This document shows, piece after piece, positions 1-9,029 of a stretch of 32,000 bases of DNA. Position 1 is the stretch's first letter. The number at the start of each line of letters is the position of its first letter. The translations under genes and the position numbers were made by a program. The notes beneath the pieces were generated by a model. That model was not told the DNA's origin. It ran no database searches and was given only the letters and a program-made list of their open reading frames with translations. Source of the DNA: Verrucomicrobia bacterium UBA3869 (GTDB taxonomy: Bacteria; Verrucomicrobiota; Verrucomicrobiia; Opitutales; UBA9783); assembly GCA_002392285.1 (NCBI GenBank), contig DGGR01000022.1:1-32000 (forward strand), written 5' to 3'.

Positions 1-117
1 GTTTCCTTATAAGATTTTGGGGTTTTGAAGGAATTTGCAAGCTTTTTTATGAGTTATTTTTAGTTGCCAGGTACAAAATAGGATGCAAGGATAATACTAC
101 TTGCAAGGGGTGAAGCC

Positions 118-954
118 ATGGAATCTTTTTTGCCTAAAGATTTTGATTATTCAGCGCCTTGCGTTTTATTAGCTGGGCGTGGGGATTATCCACGTTTGTT
201 ATGGAGCGCTCTAAAAGGACTATGTCCACGAGCTGTTGTATTTGGGTTTGAAGCAGAAGCGGCACCATGGATGCAAGCGATTCCAGATAACCAACGGTTT
301 ACGTTTGAAGTTGGTCAGGTAGGGCATTGGTTGCAAGCGCTCAAAAAGGTTGGGGCATGTTATGTTTGGCTTGCCGGGCAAATTCAACCCAAAAAGCTGT
401 TTCATGGATTAAAGCCTGACCTAAAGGCCATTTGGTTGCTATCGAAATTAAAAGAAAAGAATGCGACAACGATTTTTGGTACCTTAATCGACGAAATGGA
501 AGCGTTGGGGATTACGGTTTTGGATGCGCGCTGTTTTATGGAAACGCAGCTTACGTCTAAAGGCCTGTTAACGCGCAAAGCGTATACGGAGATTGATGAT
601 GCCACTCTCCAGCATGGGATTCGGGTATGTCGGGGGATTGCCGAGCTGGATATTGGGCAAAGCGTGGTGGTTCATAAAGGCACAACGGTTCTGGTGGAAG
701 GATTCGATGGTACCGATGCACTCATTGAACGTGCAGGTGCTATTTGCAACCACGATATGGGGCTCGTTAAATTGGCGAAACCGACGCAAGATTTTCGCTA
801 TGACGTGCCGATTTTTGGCTTGAATACCCTGCGAGCTATGCAAACTGCTGGAATACAATGGGCTGCGTTGGAAGCCGAACGAACGTTGATTTTAGATAAG
901 CCGGCAGTTTTAGAAGCAGCAGATCGCCACCATATTACCTTAATTGGCTTTTAA
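118..954 (+). CDS. lpxI: UDP-2,3-diacylglucosamine pyrophosphatase LpxI (DUF1009 family)
   Basis: 278-aa ORF. ATG 118 is preceded by GGGGTG about 7 nt upstream. The C-terminal half carries the LpxI/DUF1009 pattern as I recall it: LDIGQSVVV, VEGFDGTDALIERAG, LVKLAKPTQDFRYDVPIFG, ALEAERTLILD. Confidence 0.8.
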   Translation: MESFLPKDFDYSAPCVLLAGRGDYPRLLWSALKGLCPRAVVFGFEAEAAPWMQAIPDNQRFTFEVGQVGHWLQALKKVGACYVWLAGQIQPKKLFHGLKPDLKAIWLLSKLKEKNATTIFGTLIDEMEALGITVLDARCFMETQLTSKGLLTRKAYTEIDDATLQHGIRVCRGIAELDIGQSVVVHKGTTVLVEGFDGTDALIERAGAICNHDMGLVKLAKPTQDFRYDVPIFGLNTLRAMQTAGIQWAALEAERTLILDKPAVLEAADRHHITLIGF

Positions 955-958
955 TCAC

Positions 959-1669
959 ATGAATACAGAACTGATTGGTTGGAAAGGGAAGACCTGGAAT
1001 CCCGTTACTGGGTGCACGAAAATAAGCGAAGGCTGTATGCATTGTTATGCCGAACGGATGGCAAAACGCCTGTGTTTAATGGGGCAAAAGAAGTATAGCC
1101 ATGGATTTGCAGTGACCGTACATCCTGAGAGCTTAAACGAACCCTTAAAGTGGAAACACCCCCTGTCGATCTTTACTTGCTCCATGAGCGATTTGTTCCA
1201 TGAACAGGTGCCCGACGCTTTTATTTTGCAGGTGTTTCGCGTAATGAACCAAGCCCATTGGCATACGTTTCAGGTCTTAACGAAGCGAGCGGAACGCTTG
1301 GCGCAAATAGCCCCTAAGATCACCTGGACTCGTAACATCTGGATGGGCGTAACGGTAGAATCTCAAGCGCAAACTAAGCGCATCCCTTATTTAGCATCAG
1401 TCAATGCCGCGGTTCGTTGGTTATGTATTGAGCCGATGGTAAGCGCTATCCCATCCCTGGATTTACACGCTATCCACTGGGTAATTTTGGGAGGTGAAAG
1501 TGGCCCTTTTGCGCGTCCGCTTCCGGAAGATTGGGTTGTCAGCGTACGCGATCAATGCGTGGCCAACAACGTACCCTTTTATTTTAAACAATGGGGTGGC
1601 GCTAACCGTAAAGCCAATGGTTGCACCCTCCAGGGTCGCCAATGGCGTGAATTCCCTTACGTCCTGTAG
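959..1669 (+). CDS. DUF5131 / phage Gp37-Gp68 family protein (three-Cys motif, function unknown)
   Basis: The ORF track starts at an in-frame TTG at 944. I prefer ATG 959, 4 nt after the lpxI stop, because family members start close to the W..TWNP..GC motif. Motifs seen: GWKGKTWNPVTGC-x6-C-x2-CY, ILGGESGP, FYFKQWGG. Confidence 0.75.
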   Translation: MNTELIGWKGKTWNPVTGCTKISEGCMHCYAERMAKRLCLMGQKKYSHGFAVTVHPESLNEPLKWKHPLSIFTCSMSDLFHEQVPDAFILQVFRVMNQAHWHTFQVLTKRAERLAQIAPKITWTRNIWMGVTVESQAQTKRIPYLASVNAAVRWLCIEPMVSAIPSLDLHAIHWVILGGESGPFARPLPEDWVVSVRDQCVANNVPFYFKQWGGANRKANGCTLQGRQWREFPYVL

Positions 1670-1787
1670 CTAATGGGATTGTCCCCATCATCGCTGGGTA
1701 AATCTCCGAATCCTCCAGGTAACTAAAGTTATTGGTTGGATGGGTTTTGGCTTGCTGAAATATCCTGGGGGTGTAGGATAAAAGACT

Positions 1788-4349
1788 ATGAGGGATGCAC
1801 ATTACAATTTTAAGGCGATTGAAGCTTATTGGCAGCAAGAATGGCAACGCCAGCGATTGTTTTGTGTAACCGAATCGGCAGATAAATCCAAGTATTGGAT
1901 TTTGGATATGTTTCCTTATCCATCAGCTGCAGGATTGCATGTCGGGCACATTGAAGGCTATACGGCTACGGATGTTTTAGGTCGGTATAAGCGTGCCTGT
2001 GGGTTTAACGTACTGCATGCGATGGGTTGGGATGCGTTTGGGCTTCCTGCTGAACAGAATGCGATTGCGACCGGTGTTCATCCATCCATCAATACGCAAA
2101 ACAACATCAATGCGTTCCGTAAGCAAATACAGCGGGTTGGTATTGGGATTGATTGGTCGCGTGAAATCGATACGACCGCGCCGAGTTATTACCGATGGAC
2201 ACAGTGGATTTTTTTACAGTTTTTTAAGCATGGGTTGGCGCACGTTGAAAACAAGCCGGTTTGGTGGTGCCCTAAATTAGGGACGGTATTGGCTAATGAG
2301 GAGGTGATTGATGGGAAATCGGAGCGTGGGCATTATCCGGTGGAGCGTCGAGCGTTGAGGCAATGGGTGCTGAACATTACGGCTTATGCGGATAAATTGC
2401 TGGATGGGTTGGCGCAATTGCATTGGCCGGAAGCAACCTTAAGGCAACAGAAATTATGGATAGGGCGTTCCAAAGGAGCACGCGTAAAATTCCAAATTCC
2501 CAACGGAGGTTGTTTAGAGGTGTTTACCACCCGCCCCGATACGTTATTTGGAGTGTCGTTTATTGCGATAGCCCCCGAGCATCCGGCAGTAAGCCAATTG
2601 ACCACAGACGAACAGCGGGCTGCGGTTCAAGCCTATCAGGCGAGTATTGCGGCCAAAAGTGATTTGGAGCGAACGGATCTTGCCAAAAACAAAACAGGGG
2701 TGTTTACCGGTTCGTATGCAATGCATCCGCTGACGCATGAACCGATTCCGGTTTGGGTAGCCGATTATGTGTTAATGTACCATGGAACTGGGGCGGTTAT
2801 GGGGGTGCCAGCTCATGATACCCGTGATTACGCATTTGCCCAAATGGCGCATTTGCCTATTGTTCCCGTTATTCAAGCCGAAAAGGAATCGCCTTTGCCG
2901 TTTTGTGAACCGGGTGTGCTCATCCATTCGCATGAGTTTTCAGGACTTCCAACCGATGAAGCTCAGGAGCGCATAACACAGGCATTGGTCGAGCGTCAAC
3001 TGGGAGAAGCAACCGTGCAATACAAACTGCATGATTGGTTGTTTTCGCGCCAACGGTATTGGGGGGAACCCTTCCCGATTATTTGGGTGAAGGAAGTGGA
3101 TTATCAGCGCTTATTGCAGTGCAAAAATTCGCCTTTGCATGAATTTTTACCCATCCAACCAGTAACATATGAAGCAGATGGCATGAAATTTTATGCTGTA
3201 CCGTTAACGTCACAACACCTACCGGTAACCTTGCCGAAGGTAGATTCTTATCAACCGACTGAGGGCTCCACAACTCCTTTACAAAATGCCGATCCTCAAT
3301 GGCTGAACATACGCATCAATTTAGCCACAGGAGCGATTGAACCGGGAGTGCAAGGTGCATCAACCGAATGGATTGAAGGATCACGGGAAATCAATACCAT
3401 GCCGCAATGGGCAGGTTCCTGTTGGTATTATCTGCGTTATTTGTCGCCACATAACAAGGATCGTTTGGTAGATCCCAAGGCTTTAGCCTATTGGGGAACG
3501 CCAGATTTGTATGTAGGAGGAGCGGAACATGCGGTTTTACACCTCCTGTATGCGCGTTTTTGGCATCATTTTTTATTCGATATCGGCGTGGTACCAACGT
3601 CTGAACCGTTTACGCACTTATTCCACCCTGGCATTATTTTAGGGGCAGATGGCAATAAGATGTCTAAATCCTTAGGGAACGTGATTAATCCGAACGACAT
3701 TGTCGATCAGTATGGAGCGGATGCGTTGCGTCTGTATGAATTATTTATGGGGCCGCTGGAATCCTCGAAGCCCTGGAGTACGCAAAACATTGAGGGGGTA
3801 GCACGTTTCTTAAACAGGCTATGGCGTACGTGTATTGGCCCGGATGGCGAGTTGTCTAAAAACATTACGCAGGATGAGCCTTCCGACGATAGCAAAAGGC
3901 TTTTACATGAAAGTATTCAAAAGGTTACGGATGCTATCGAGCGTTTGCGCTTTAATACCGCCATTTCGCAGTTAATGATTTGCCTCAATGGATTCCAAAA
4001 GGAGGCGACAATTCCAAAACAATCGATGGAGGTATTTTTGCAATTACTGGCTCCATTTGCGCCGCATATTACGGAGGAATTATGGCACCGCTGTGGACGA
4101 ACAGAAGCGATTGTGGATGCTCCATGGCCTAAGGCAGATTCCGCTCTATGTGTATCCCGGCAATTAAACATCCCTATTCAAGTGAATGGGAAGCTGCGCG
4201 GAATGCTTGTGGTTCAAGTGCCTGCCCAAGAAACGGAAGTGATTCAAGCAGCCAAAGCCGATGCTAAGGTTGCTCCTTATTTGGAACAGAAAACCTTAAT
4301 CCGTACGGTTTATGTACCCAATAAATTGGTTAATTTTGTGGTAAAATAA
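1788..4349 (+). CDS. leuS: leucyl-tRNA synthetase
   Basis: 853 aa. Class I HIGH-type motif (GLHVGHIEGY) and KMSKS (GNKMSKSLGN). N-terminus YNFKAIEAYWQQEW is typical of bacterial LeuRS, and an editing (CP1) insertion is present. Confidence 0.97.
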   Translation: MRDAHYNFKAIEAYWQQEWQRQRLFCVTESADKSKYWILDMFPYPSAAGLHVGHIEGYTATDVLGRYKRACGFNVLHAMGWDAFGLPAEQNAIATGVHPSINTQNNINAFRKQIQRVGIGIDWSREIDTTAPSYYRWTQWIFLQFFKHGLAHVENKPVWWCPKLGTVLANEEVIDGKSERGHYPVERRALRQWVLNITAYADKLLDGLAQLHWPEATLRQQKLWIGRSKGARVKFQIPNGGCLEVFTTRPDTLFGVSFIAIAPEHPAVSQLTTDEQRAAVQAYQASIAAKSDLERTDLAKNKTGVFTGSYAMHPLTHEPIPVWVADYVLMYHGTGAVMGVPAHDTRDYAFAQMAHLPIVPVIQAEKESPLPFCEPGVLIHSHEFSGLPTDEAQERITQALVERQLGEATVQYKLHDWLFSRQRYWGEPFPIIWVKEVDYQRLLQCKNSPLHEFLPIQPVTYEADGMKFYAVPLTSQHLPVTLPKVDSYQPTEGSTTPLQNADPQWLNIRINLATGAIEPGVQGASTEWIEGSREINTMPQWAGSCWYYLRYLSPHNKDRLVDPKALAYWGTPDLYVGGAEHAVLHLLYARFWHHFLFDIGVVPTSEPFTHLFHPGIILGADGNKMSKSLGNVINPNDIVDQYGADALRLYELFMGPLESSKPWSTQNIEGVARFLNRLWRTCIGPDGELSKNITQDEPSDDSKRLLHESIQKVTDAIERLRFNTAISQLMICLNGFQKEATIPKQSMEVFLQLLAPFAPHITEELWHRCGRTEAIVDAPWPKADSALCVSRQLNIPIQVNGKLRGMLVVQVPAQETEVIQAAKADAKVAPYLEQKTLIRTVYVPNKLVNFVVK

Positions 4350-4367
4350 CCGTGAATTAAAAGAAAT

Positions 4368-4937
4368 ATGGGAATGGCGCTATTAGTGGGTTATTTGTTG
4401 GGTTCATTACCCTTTGGCGTATGGATTTCCAAGCTATACGGCGTGTGCATTTTTGAGATAGGAAGCGGAAACCCAGGGGCAACTAATGTATTGCGTACCT
4501 TGGGGAAAAAAGCAGGGTATACGGTATTTGCCCTGGATACGTTGAAAGGTTGCTATGCGGTTATCCTTGGTACCCTTTACTGGCAATCTCCTTATGGAGC
4601 TTTGTTGGGCGCATTATTAGGGCACTGTTATCCTCTGTTTGCCCGTTTCAAAGGCGGCAAGGGGGTTGCAACCCTAATTGGAGGCTTGATATATATTATT
4701 CCGGTACCGTTGATGCTTGCGTTGGTGGTTTGGGGAATCGTCTTTAAATGGCTGCGCTATGTATCGTGTGCATCCCTTTGTTGCGTCCTATCCCTGCTAC
4801 CGTTTTGTTGCTTATGCTACGGTTTCGAAGCATCGCGCGTGCATGCCCTACCGTTGCTTATCCTCAATATAGGGGTTTTTTGGCGCCACCGTGCAAATCT
4901 TAAACGCCTTTGGAACGCCACTGAGCACCGCTTTTAA
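4368..4937 (+). CDS. plsY: glycerol-3-phosphate acyltransferase PlsY (acyl-phosphate dependent)
   Basis: 189-aa polytopic membrane protein with the PlsY signature GSGNPGATNVLR and a FKGGKGVAT motif. Confidence 0.9.
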   Translation: MGMALLVGYLLGSLPFGVWISKLYGVCIFEIGSGNPGATNVLRTLGKKAGYTVFALDTLKGCYAVILGTLYWQSPYGALLGALLGHCYPLFARFKGGKGVATLIGGLIYIIPVPLMLALVVWGIVFKWLRYVSCASLCCVLSLLPFCCLCYGFEASRVHALPLLILNIGVFWRHRANLKRLWNATEHRF

Positions 4938-5291
4938 AATGTCCTCCGACAACCCAGTAGATTGGGTCGGAATCCTAGTGCCAGCTTATTGATCGTTTGA
5001 TTCCACAGCTTGTTGTCAAACCACGCTTTGTTGTTTATTGAGGCTTCCTACATCATCTGTTTTTAATTTGCAAAAACCAACTACGAACCATGACGTAATC
5101 GTAGGCTGCAGCTCATCCCTAAACTAGCGCTTAGGTCGCCTAATGCCATTCATTTTCGCACTTCGCTTGCCTCTATCTCTTTTTGTATCCACGATCAAAG
5201 TTATCCCAAATAAAAAATCGTTCAATCGTACTTTGCGTGTGTTAAAGCATTTTTTAAATAAAGGAAGAACGGTGGTTGATAAACGCGTTAA

Positions 5292-6293
5292 ATGAGCTTT
5301 AATGGTAATGAAACAATGCGTTATTGGTGGGTGCTTTTATCAGGATTTATGCCGTTGTGTAAGCTAGAGGCGGCTGATGAGTTATTTCGGTTTCAATCGA
5401 ATGCACCGATTCAAAAATTTTCGATGCCGTTTTTCAATGAATTTGGGGTGCAAACATGGCTGTGTACTGGGGATGAGGTGCGGTACGGTGTAGATGGACA
5501 GTTTCAGGTTAGTAATTTAACTTTGATGCTATTTAATCCGCGCGACAAAGCTTCGGTGGATGTATTGATTCGTAGCGAAGATGCTATTGTTTCTCCCGCC
5601 ATGCATCAGGTGACAGGGGAATCCTTACTGACGGTTACCCACGCGCATTATGTGTTGGTTGGAGAGCAATGGGTATGGGAAGAAAAGGATGCGGATGCGC
5701 TGTGTTCGAAAATTCATATTGGGAAAAAAGCGAGTGTTATCTTTTATGAAGGGACGCGTTCGCGCACCAGTATTTCGAGCGACCGCATGGTATTGTTGCG
5801 CTTTATCGACCGCAATGAATTTCAGTTTGAAGGGCATGTTGTTATTAAAAGCGACCGTTTTTATGGGTCTTGTGAGCGGATGTGGGTATGTTCACAATCG
5901 GAGAATCAAGCCCGATTGCAGTATTTTTTCCCTCGGTGGTGTTATACACAACCGCTTACCAAAGTACCCATGCGTTTCTTTTGTTGGGCGCTTCAGGTAC
6001 AGCATTCCTTTGAGGTTTTGGAGCATATTGGCAGGATTCAGCTGATTATTGCGCGCCAGCATGTGTTTTTGCAGGTGGAGGATCCAAAAACAGGAGAAAT
6101 TCGAAAGGCCAACTCGCAGAAGGCTGTAATTGAACCCACTTTAGGAGAATTGGTACTGACGGGCAATGTGGTGGTTAACTGTTCGCAGCAAGGTACCTTT
6201 AGGGGCGAAAAAGTCACGTTTTATAAAGAATCGGAACGGGTTTTGGTAGAAAAAGCTAAACAAAGTAAGCGTTCCCGGGTAATATTAGACTAA
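5292..6293 (+). CDS. periplasmic LPS-transport protein, OstA/LptA-like, with possible LptC-like N-terminal module (atypically long)
   Basis: 333 aa with an N-terminal hydrophobic signal or anchor (MRYWWVLLSGFMPLCKLEA). The segments ISSDRMVLLRF..FQFEGHVVIKSD and KAVIEP..LVLTGNVVVN....GEKVTFYKE..RVLV mirror the two conserved LptA strands (IESD...F.GNV / VLTGN...GDKI.Y). The stop abuts the lptB start. Motif-level call only. Confidence 0.55.
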   Translation: MSFNGNETMRYWWVLLSGFMPLCKLEAADELFRFQSNAPIQKFSMPFFNEFGVQTWLCTGDEVRYGVDGQFQVSNLTLMLFNPRDKASVDVLIRSEDAIVSPAMHQVTGESLLTVTHAHYVLVGEQWVWEEKDADALCSKIHIGKKASVIFYEGTRSRTSISSDRMVLLRFIDRNEFQFEGHVVIKSDRFYGSCERMWVCSQSENQARLQYFFPRWCYTQPLTKVPMRFFCWALQVQHSFEVLEHIGRIQLIIARQHVFLQVEDPKTGEIRKANSQKAVIEPTLGELVLTGNVVVNCSQQGTFRGEKVTFYKESERVLVEKAKQSKRSRVILD

Positions 6294-7034
6294 ATGATTA
6301 TGGAAACAGCAAATCCATCGATTACGGTTCATCAGCTGGTGAAAACGTATGGGGCACGCGATGCAGTGCGTGGGGTCGATATGGCGATTAAAGCAGGCGA
6401 AATCGTTGGGTTGTTAGGTCCCAATGGTGCTGGGAAAACCACCTGTTTCTATATGATTGTTGGGTTAATTGAAGCGACGAAGGGAAAAGTTTTTTTCAAC
6501 GAACAAGACATTACCCAAATGCCCATGTATCAACGGGCGCGTATGGGCATTGGGTACTTGCCGCAAGAGCCCTCTATCTTTCGCAAATTGAGCGTTGAGG
6601 ATAATATCCGTGCGATTTTAGAAACCTTATCGTTATCCAAGATTGAGATTGAGGAACAAACCCGATCTGCATTGGCTTATTTAGGGCTTACCAAGGTTGC
6701 AAAGCAAAAAGCGTATACCTTAAGCGGTGGCGAAAGAAGGCGTTTGGAAATCACCCGTGCGTTATTGACCCATCCCAAATTCTTATTGATGGATGAGCCA
6801 TTCAGCGGAGTGGATCCCATCAGCGTCCAAGAAGTACAGGCTATTATTTTGCAGTTGAAGCAGCAATCCATCGGCGTATTGATTACTGACCATAACGTGC
6901 GGGAAACGTTGCGAGTGGTGGATCGTGCGTATTTGTTGTACGACGGCAAGGTGCTTTGTTCGGGCGACCGTGATACATTGTTAAACGACCCCAATAGCCG
7001 CAAATTCTACTTAGGTGAAGGATTCGAAGCTTAA
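6294..7034 (+). CDS. lptB: LPS export ABC transporter ATP-binding protein LptB
   Basis: Walker A GPNGAGKTT, ABC signature LSGGERRRLEITRAL (LptB-typical), Walker B LLMDEPF. ATG immediately follows the upstream TAA. M3 at 6300 is an alternative start. Confidence 0.9.
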   Translation: MIMETANPSITVHQLVKTYGARDAVRGVDMAIKAGEIVGLLGPNGAGKTTCFYMIVGLIEATKGKVFFNEQDITQMPMYQRARMGIGYLPQEPSIFRKLSVEDNIRAILETLSLSKIEIEEQTRSALAYLGLTKVAKQKAYTLSGGERRRLEITRALLTHPKFLLMDEPFSGVDPISVQEVQAIILQLKQQSIGVLITDHNVRETLRVVDRAYLLYDGKVLCSGDRDTLLNDPNSRKFYLGEGFEA

Positions 7035-7187
7035 TTTAGATTCTTTTGCTGCGCACAACGTGTCAGCTTAGGTAGTAGCACTTTTTGCTAAAGCAACGTC
7101 TGAAAAAGAGCTACATCTGAGCAAGGAAAACAAACCTAAACGACAAAAGTATATCAGAAACGCCCCTGAGCAGGGAATGCATCACAC

Positions 7188-9017
7188 TTAGTTGCGTTTG
7201 GACGATCTTTTGGTCTTTATAGGCTTCGTGTCTTTTTCGATTGCCTCTTCTTGGGCGCTAAAGCTTCCGTTGGGATTTAAATGCAACTGACGCAGCTGTT
7301 CTAACAGGGCTTTGTTGTCTGCGCGGCGCTTCTTGTCCAAAATCTCATCAATAGCGCTTTGGCTGATAGTATCCTCTTCTTCCAAAAAGCCTTTGATTTG
7401 ATGGATACGCATAGGATGGCGCATCTTACGTAGGGCTTTTGCTTCAATTTGCCGGATACGTTCGCGGGTTACTTGGAATTTCTTACCGACCTCTTCTAGA
7501 GTGTGGCTATAGCCGCCATTCAAACCAAAACGTAGGACAATGACGCTGCGTTCGCGTTCAGTTAGGGTATCCAAAACTGCCAAAAACCGTTCTTTCAAAA
7601 GGTTATAGGCAGCAATTTCTGAAGGATTACCACTGGATTTATCTTCAATAAAATCACCTACGCAACTATCTTCGTTGGTGCTGGTTGGGCTTTGTAACGA
7701 GATAGGTTGTTGAGCCATCTTAAAGACATTTTTCGCAGTATCAACCGGTACTTGAGTGGCTTCTGCAATTTCTTCAATCGTTGGATCATAACCCAACTCC
7801 TGAAACAATTGTTTTTGTGCTTGGGTTAGCTTATTCAACACTTCAATCATGTGAACCGGCATACGAATGGTACGCGCTTGGTCAGCGATAGAACGCGTAA
7901 TGGATTGACGAATCCACCAAGTAGCGTAGGTCGAAAATTTATATCCGCGGATATATTCAAATTTTTCAACCGCGCGCATCAGACCGACATTCCCTTCTTG
8001 AATTAAATCGAGGAAGGATAAGCCGCGATTGGTGTATTTTTTGGCAATACTGATAACCAAACGTAGGTTGGATTCAACCATTTTGGATTTTGCAGCGTCG
8101 GCTTTTTGGGTATTCGATCGAACCACCTGCACCATTTTAACGAAATCGCTGGGTTTTATACGCAATTGATACTCAATTTCCTGCAAACGCTTTTTTATTT
8201 CGTTTTTAGGCAATGCTTGAGAATCATTTGCTGGAATTCCATCTTTTAAATATTTATTGTATTTTTCGATCTCTCGAACAGTAGGAGCATACTGATCCAA
8301 AAAATCTTCAAACAGCTTCAGTTTGAAACAGAATTTTTTAAAAATGGGCTTTAAATGGCGTTCATACTCATGGTAACGCTTGAATAACGTTTCCTTTTTC
8401 TTGGCATTGCTTTCATTCCAGTATTTTTGCCATAAAGTGTTGATTTGGGTTTTGAGCGTTTTGCATTGATTGATTAATTTCGGCAGATCTTCATAATACT
8501 CTGCGCGATTCATGACTTTTTTCTCAATCACCAATTGATCAAAACGTTCATTATGCTCGATCAATTTATTCGCCAAATCTAATTGATAATCAAGGGATAA
8601 GGAGTATGAAAACAGTTGATCAAACGCAGTATGTTCGGCCTGCTCAATATCCTTTGAAATTTGAATTTCTTGTTCGTAGGTCAACAATGGGATCGAACCC
8701 ATTTGTTTGAGGTACATGCGAACAGGATCTTCTATCCCATCGGGCGTACTACTGAATGCTGCTTCGATTTCCTCCTCTTTGTTAGACGATAAAATATCTT
8801 CTTCCGCGGTATCAATTACCTTAATATGTAAACCCTCGAGGATGTTAACGACCTTTTCAAGTTCGCGGGTAATCGCAATGGTATCCGGTAAAATACGACT
8901 GATGTCTTGAATCGATACAGTCGATTTTTGTTGCTTCGATAGATCGATGAGTTGACGGATTTTTTCGTCTAAAATTTCATCAGCTTTAATAACTTTTACC
9001 TTGCGAGGAAATGGCAT
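7188..9017 (-). CDS. rpoD: RNA polymerase primary sigma factor (sigma-70 family)
   Basis: 609 aa. Region 1.2 [11 protein letters not shown], region 2 [53 protein letters not shown], region 4.2 [30 protein letters not shown]. Confidence 0.97.
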   Translation of the reverse strand: MPFPRKVKVIKADEILDEKIRQLIDLSKQQKSTVSIQDISRILPDTIAITRELEKVVNILEGLHIKVIDTAEEDILSSNKEEEIEAAFSSTPDGIEDPVRMYLKQMGSIPLLTYEQEIQISKDIEQAEHTAFDQLFSYSLSLDYQLDLANKLIEHNERFDQLVIEKKVMNRAEYYEDLPKLINQCKTLKTQINTLWQKYWNESNAKKKETLFKRYHEYERHLKPIFKKFCFKLKLFEDFLDQYAPTVREIEKYNKYLKDGIPANDSQALPKNEIKKRLQEIEYQLRIKPSDFVKMVQVVRSNTQKADAAKSKMVESNLRLVISIAKKYTNRGLSFLDLIQEGNVGLMRAVEKFEYIRGYKFSTYATWWIRQSITRSIADQARTIRMPVHMIEVLNKLTQAQKQLFQELGYDPTIEEIAEATQVPVDTAKNVFKMAQQPISLQSPTSTNEDSCVGDFIEDKSSGNPSEIAAYNLLKERFLAVLDTLTERERSVIVLRFGLNGGYSHTLEEVGKKFQVTRERIRQIEAKALRKMRHPMRIHQIKGFLEEEDTISQSAIDEILDKKRRADNKALLEQLRQLHLNPNGSFSAQEEAIEKDTKPIKTKRSSKRN

Positions 9018-9029
9018 GATTAACGAAAA

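Noticed and set aside
35-108. Three copies of TGCAAG(G/C) upstream of lpxI (35-41, 84-90, 102-108), considered as a possible operator.
   Set aside because: The motif is a 6-7-mer with irregular spacing and no dyad symmetry, so this is expected by chance in about 100 nt. I also could not find a convincing -35/-10 pair with legal spacing here.
944-1669. The 'phage Gp37/Gp68' label might indicate a prophage or mobile island.
   Set aside because: There are no integrase, capsid, terminase, repeat or att-like sequences nearby. The flanks are lpxI and leuS with 4-nt and 118-nt junctions, and composition looks native by eye. It is treated as a domesticated single gene (see findings).
4938-5291. Whether the long spacer encodes a known housekeeping RNA (tmRNA, RNase P RNA, SRP/4.5S RNA or 6S RNA).
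   Set aside because: I found none of the diagnostic motifs on either strand: no tRNA-like GGTTCGAATCC/ACCA end or tag reading frame, no GAGGAAAGTCC, and no SRP GGAAGCAGCC-type helix 8. 6S RNA cannot be excluded by eye, so the region stays as an open finding rather than a feature.
5272-5295. A seven-codon mini-ORF (GTG GTT GAT AAA CGC GTT AAA TGA) has an AAGGAAG SD-like motif just upstream. Its TGA overlaps the ATG of the Lpt-like gene, suggesting a possible leader peptide or coupling device.
   Set aside because: It is too short to distinguish from chance. The SD-to-GTG spacing is only about 4 nt, and I cannot assess conservation. It is noted only as something to examine if the spacer turns out to be regulatory.
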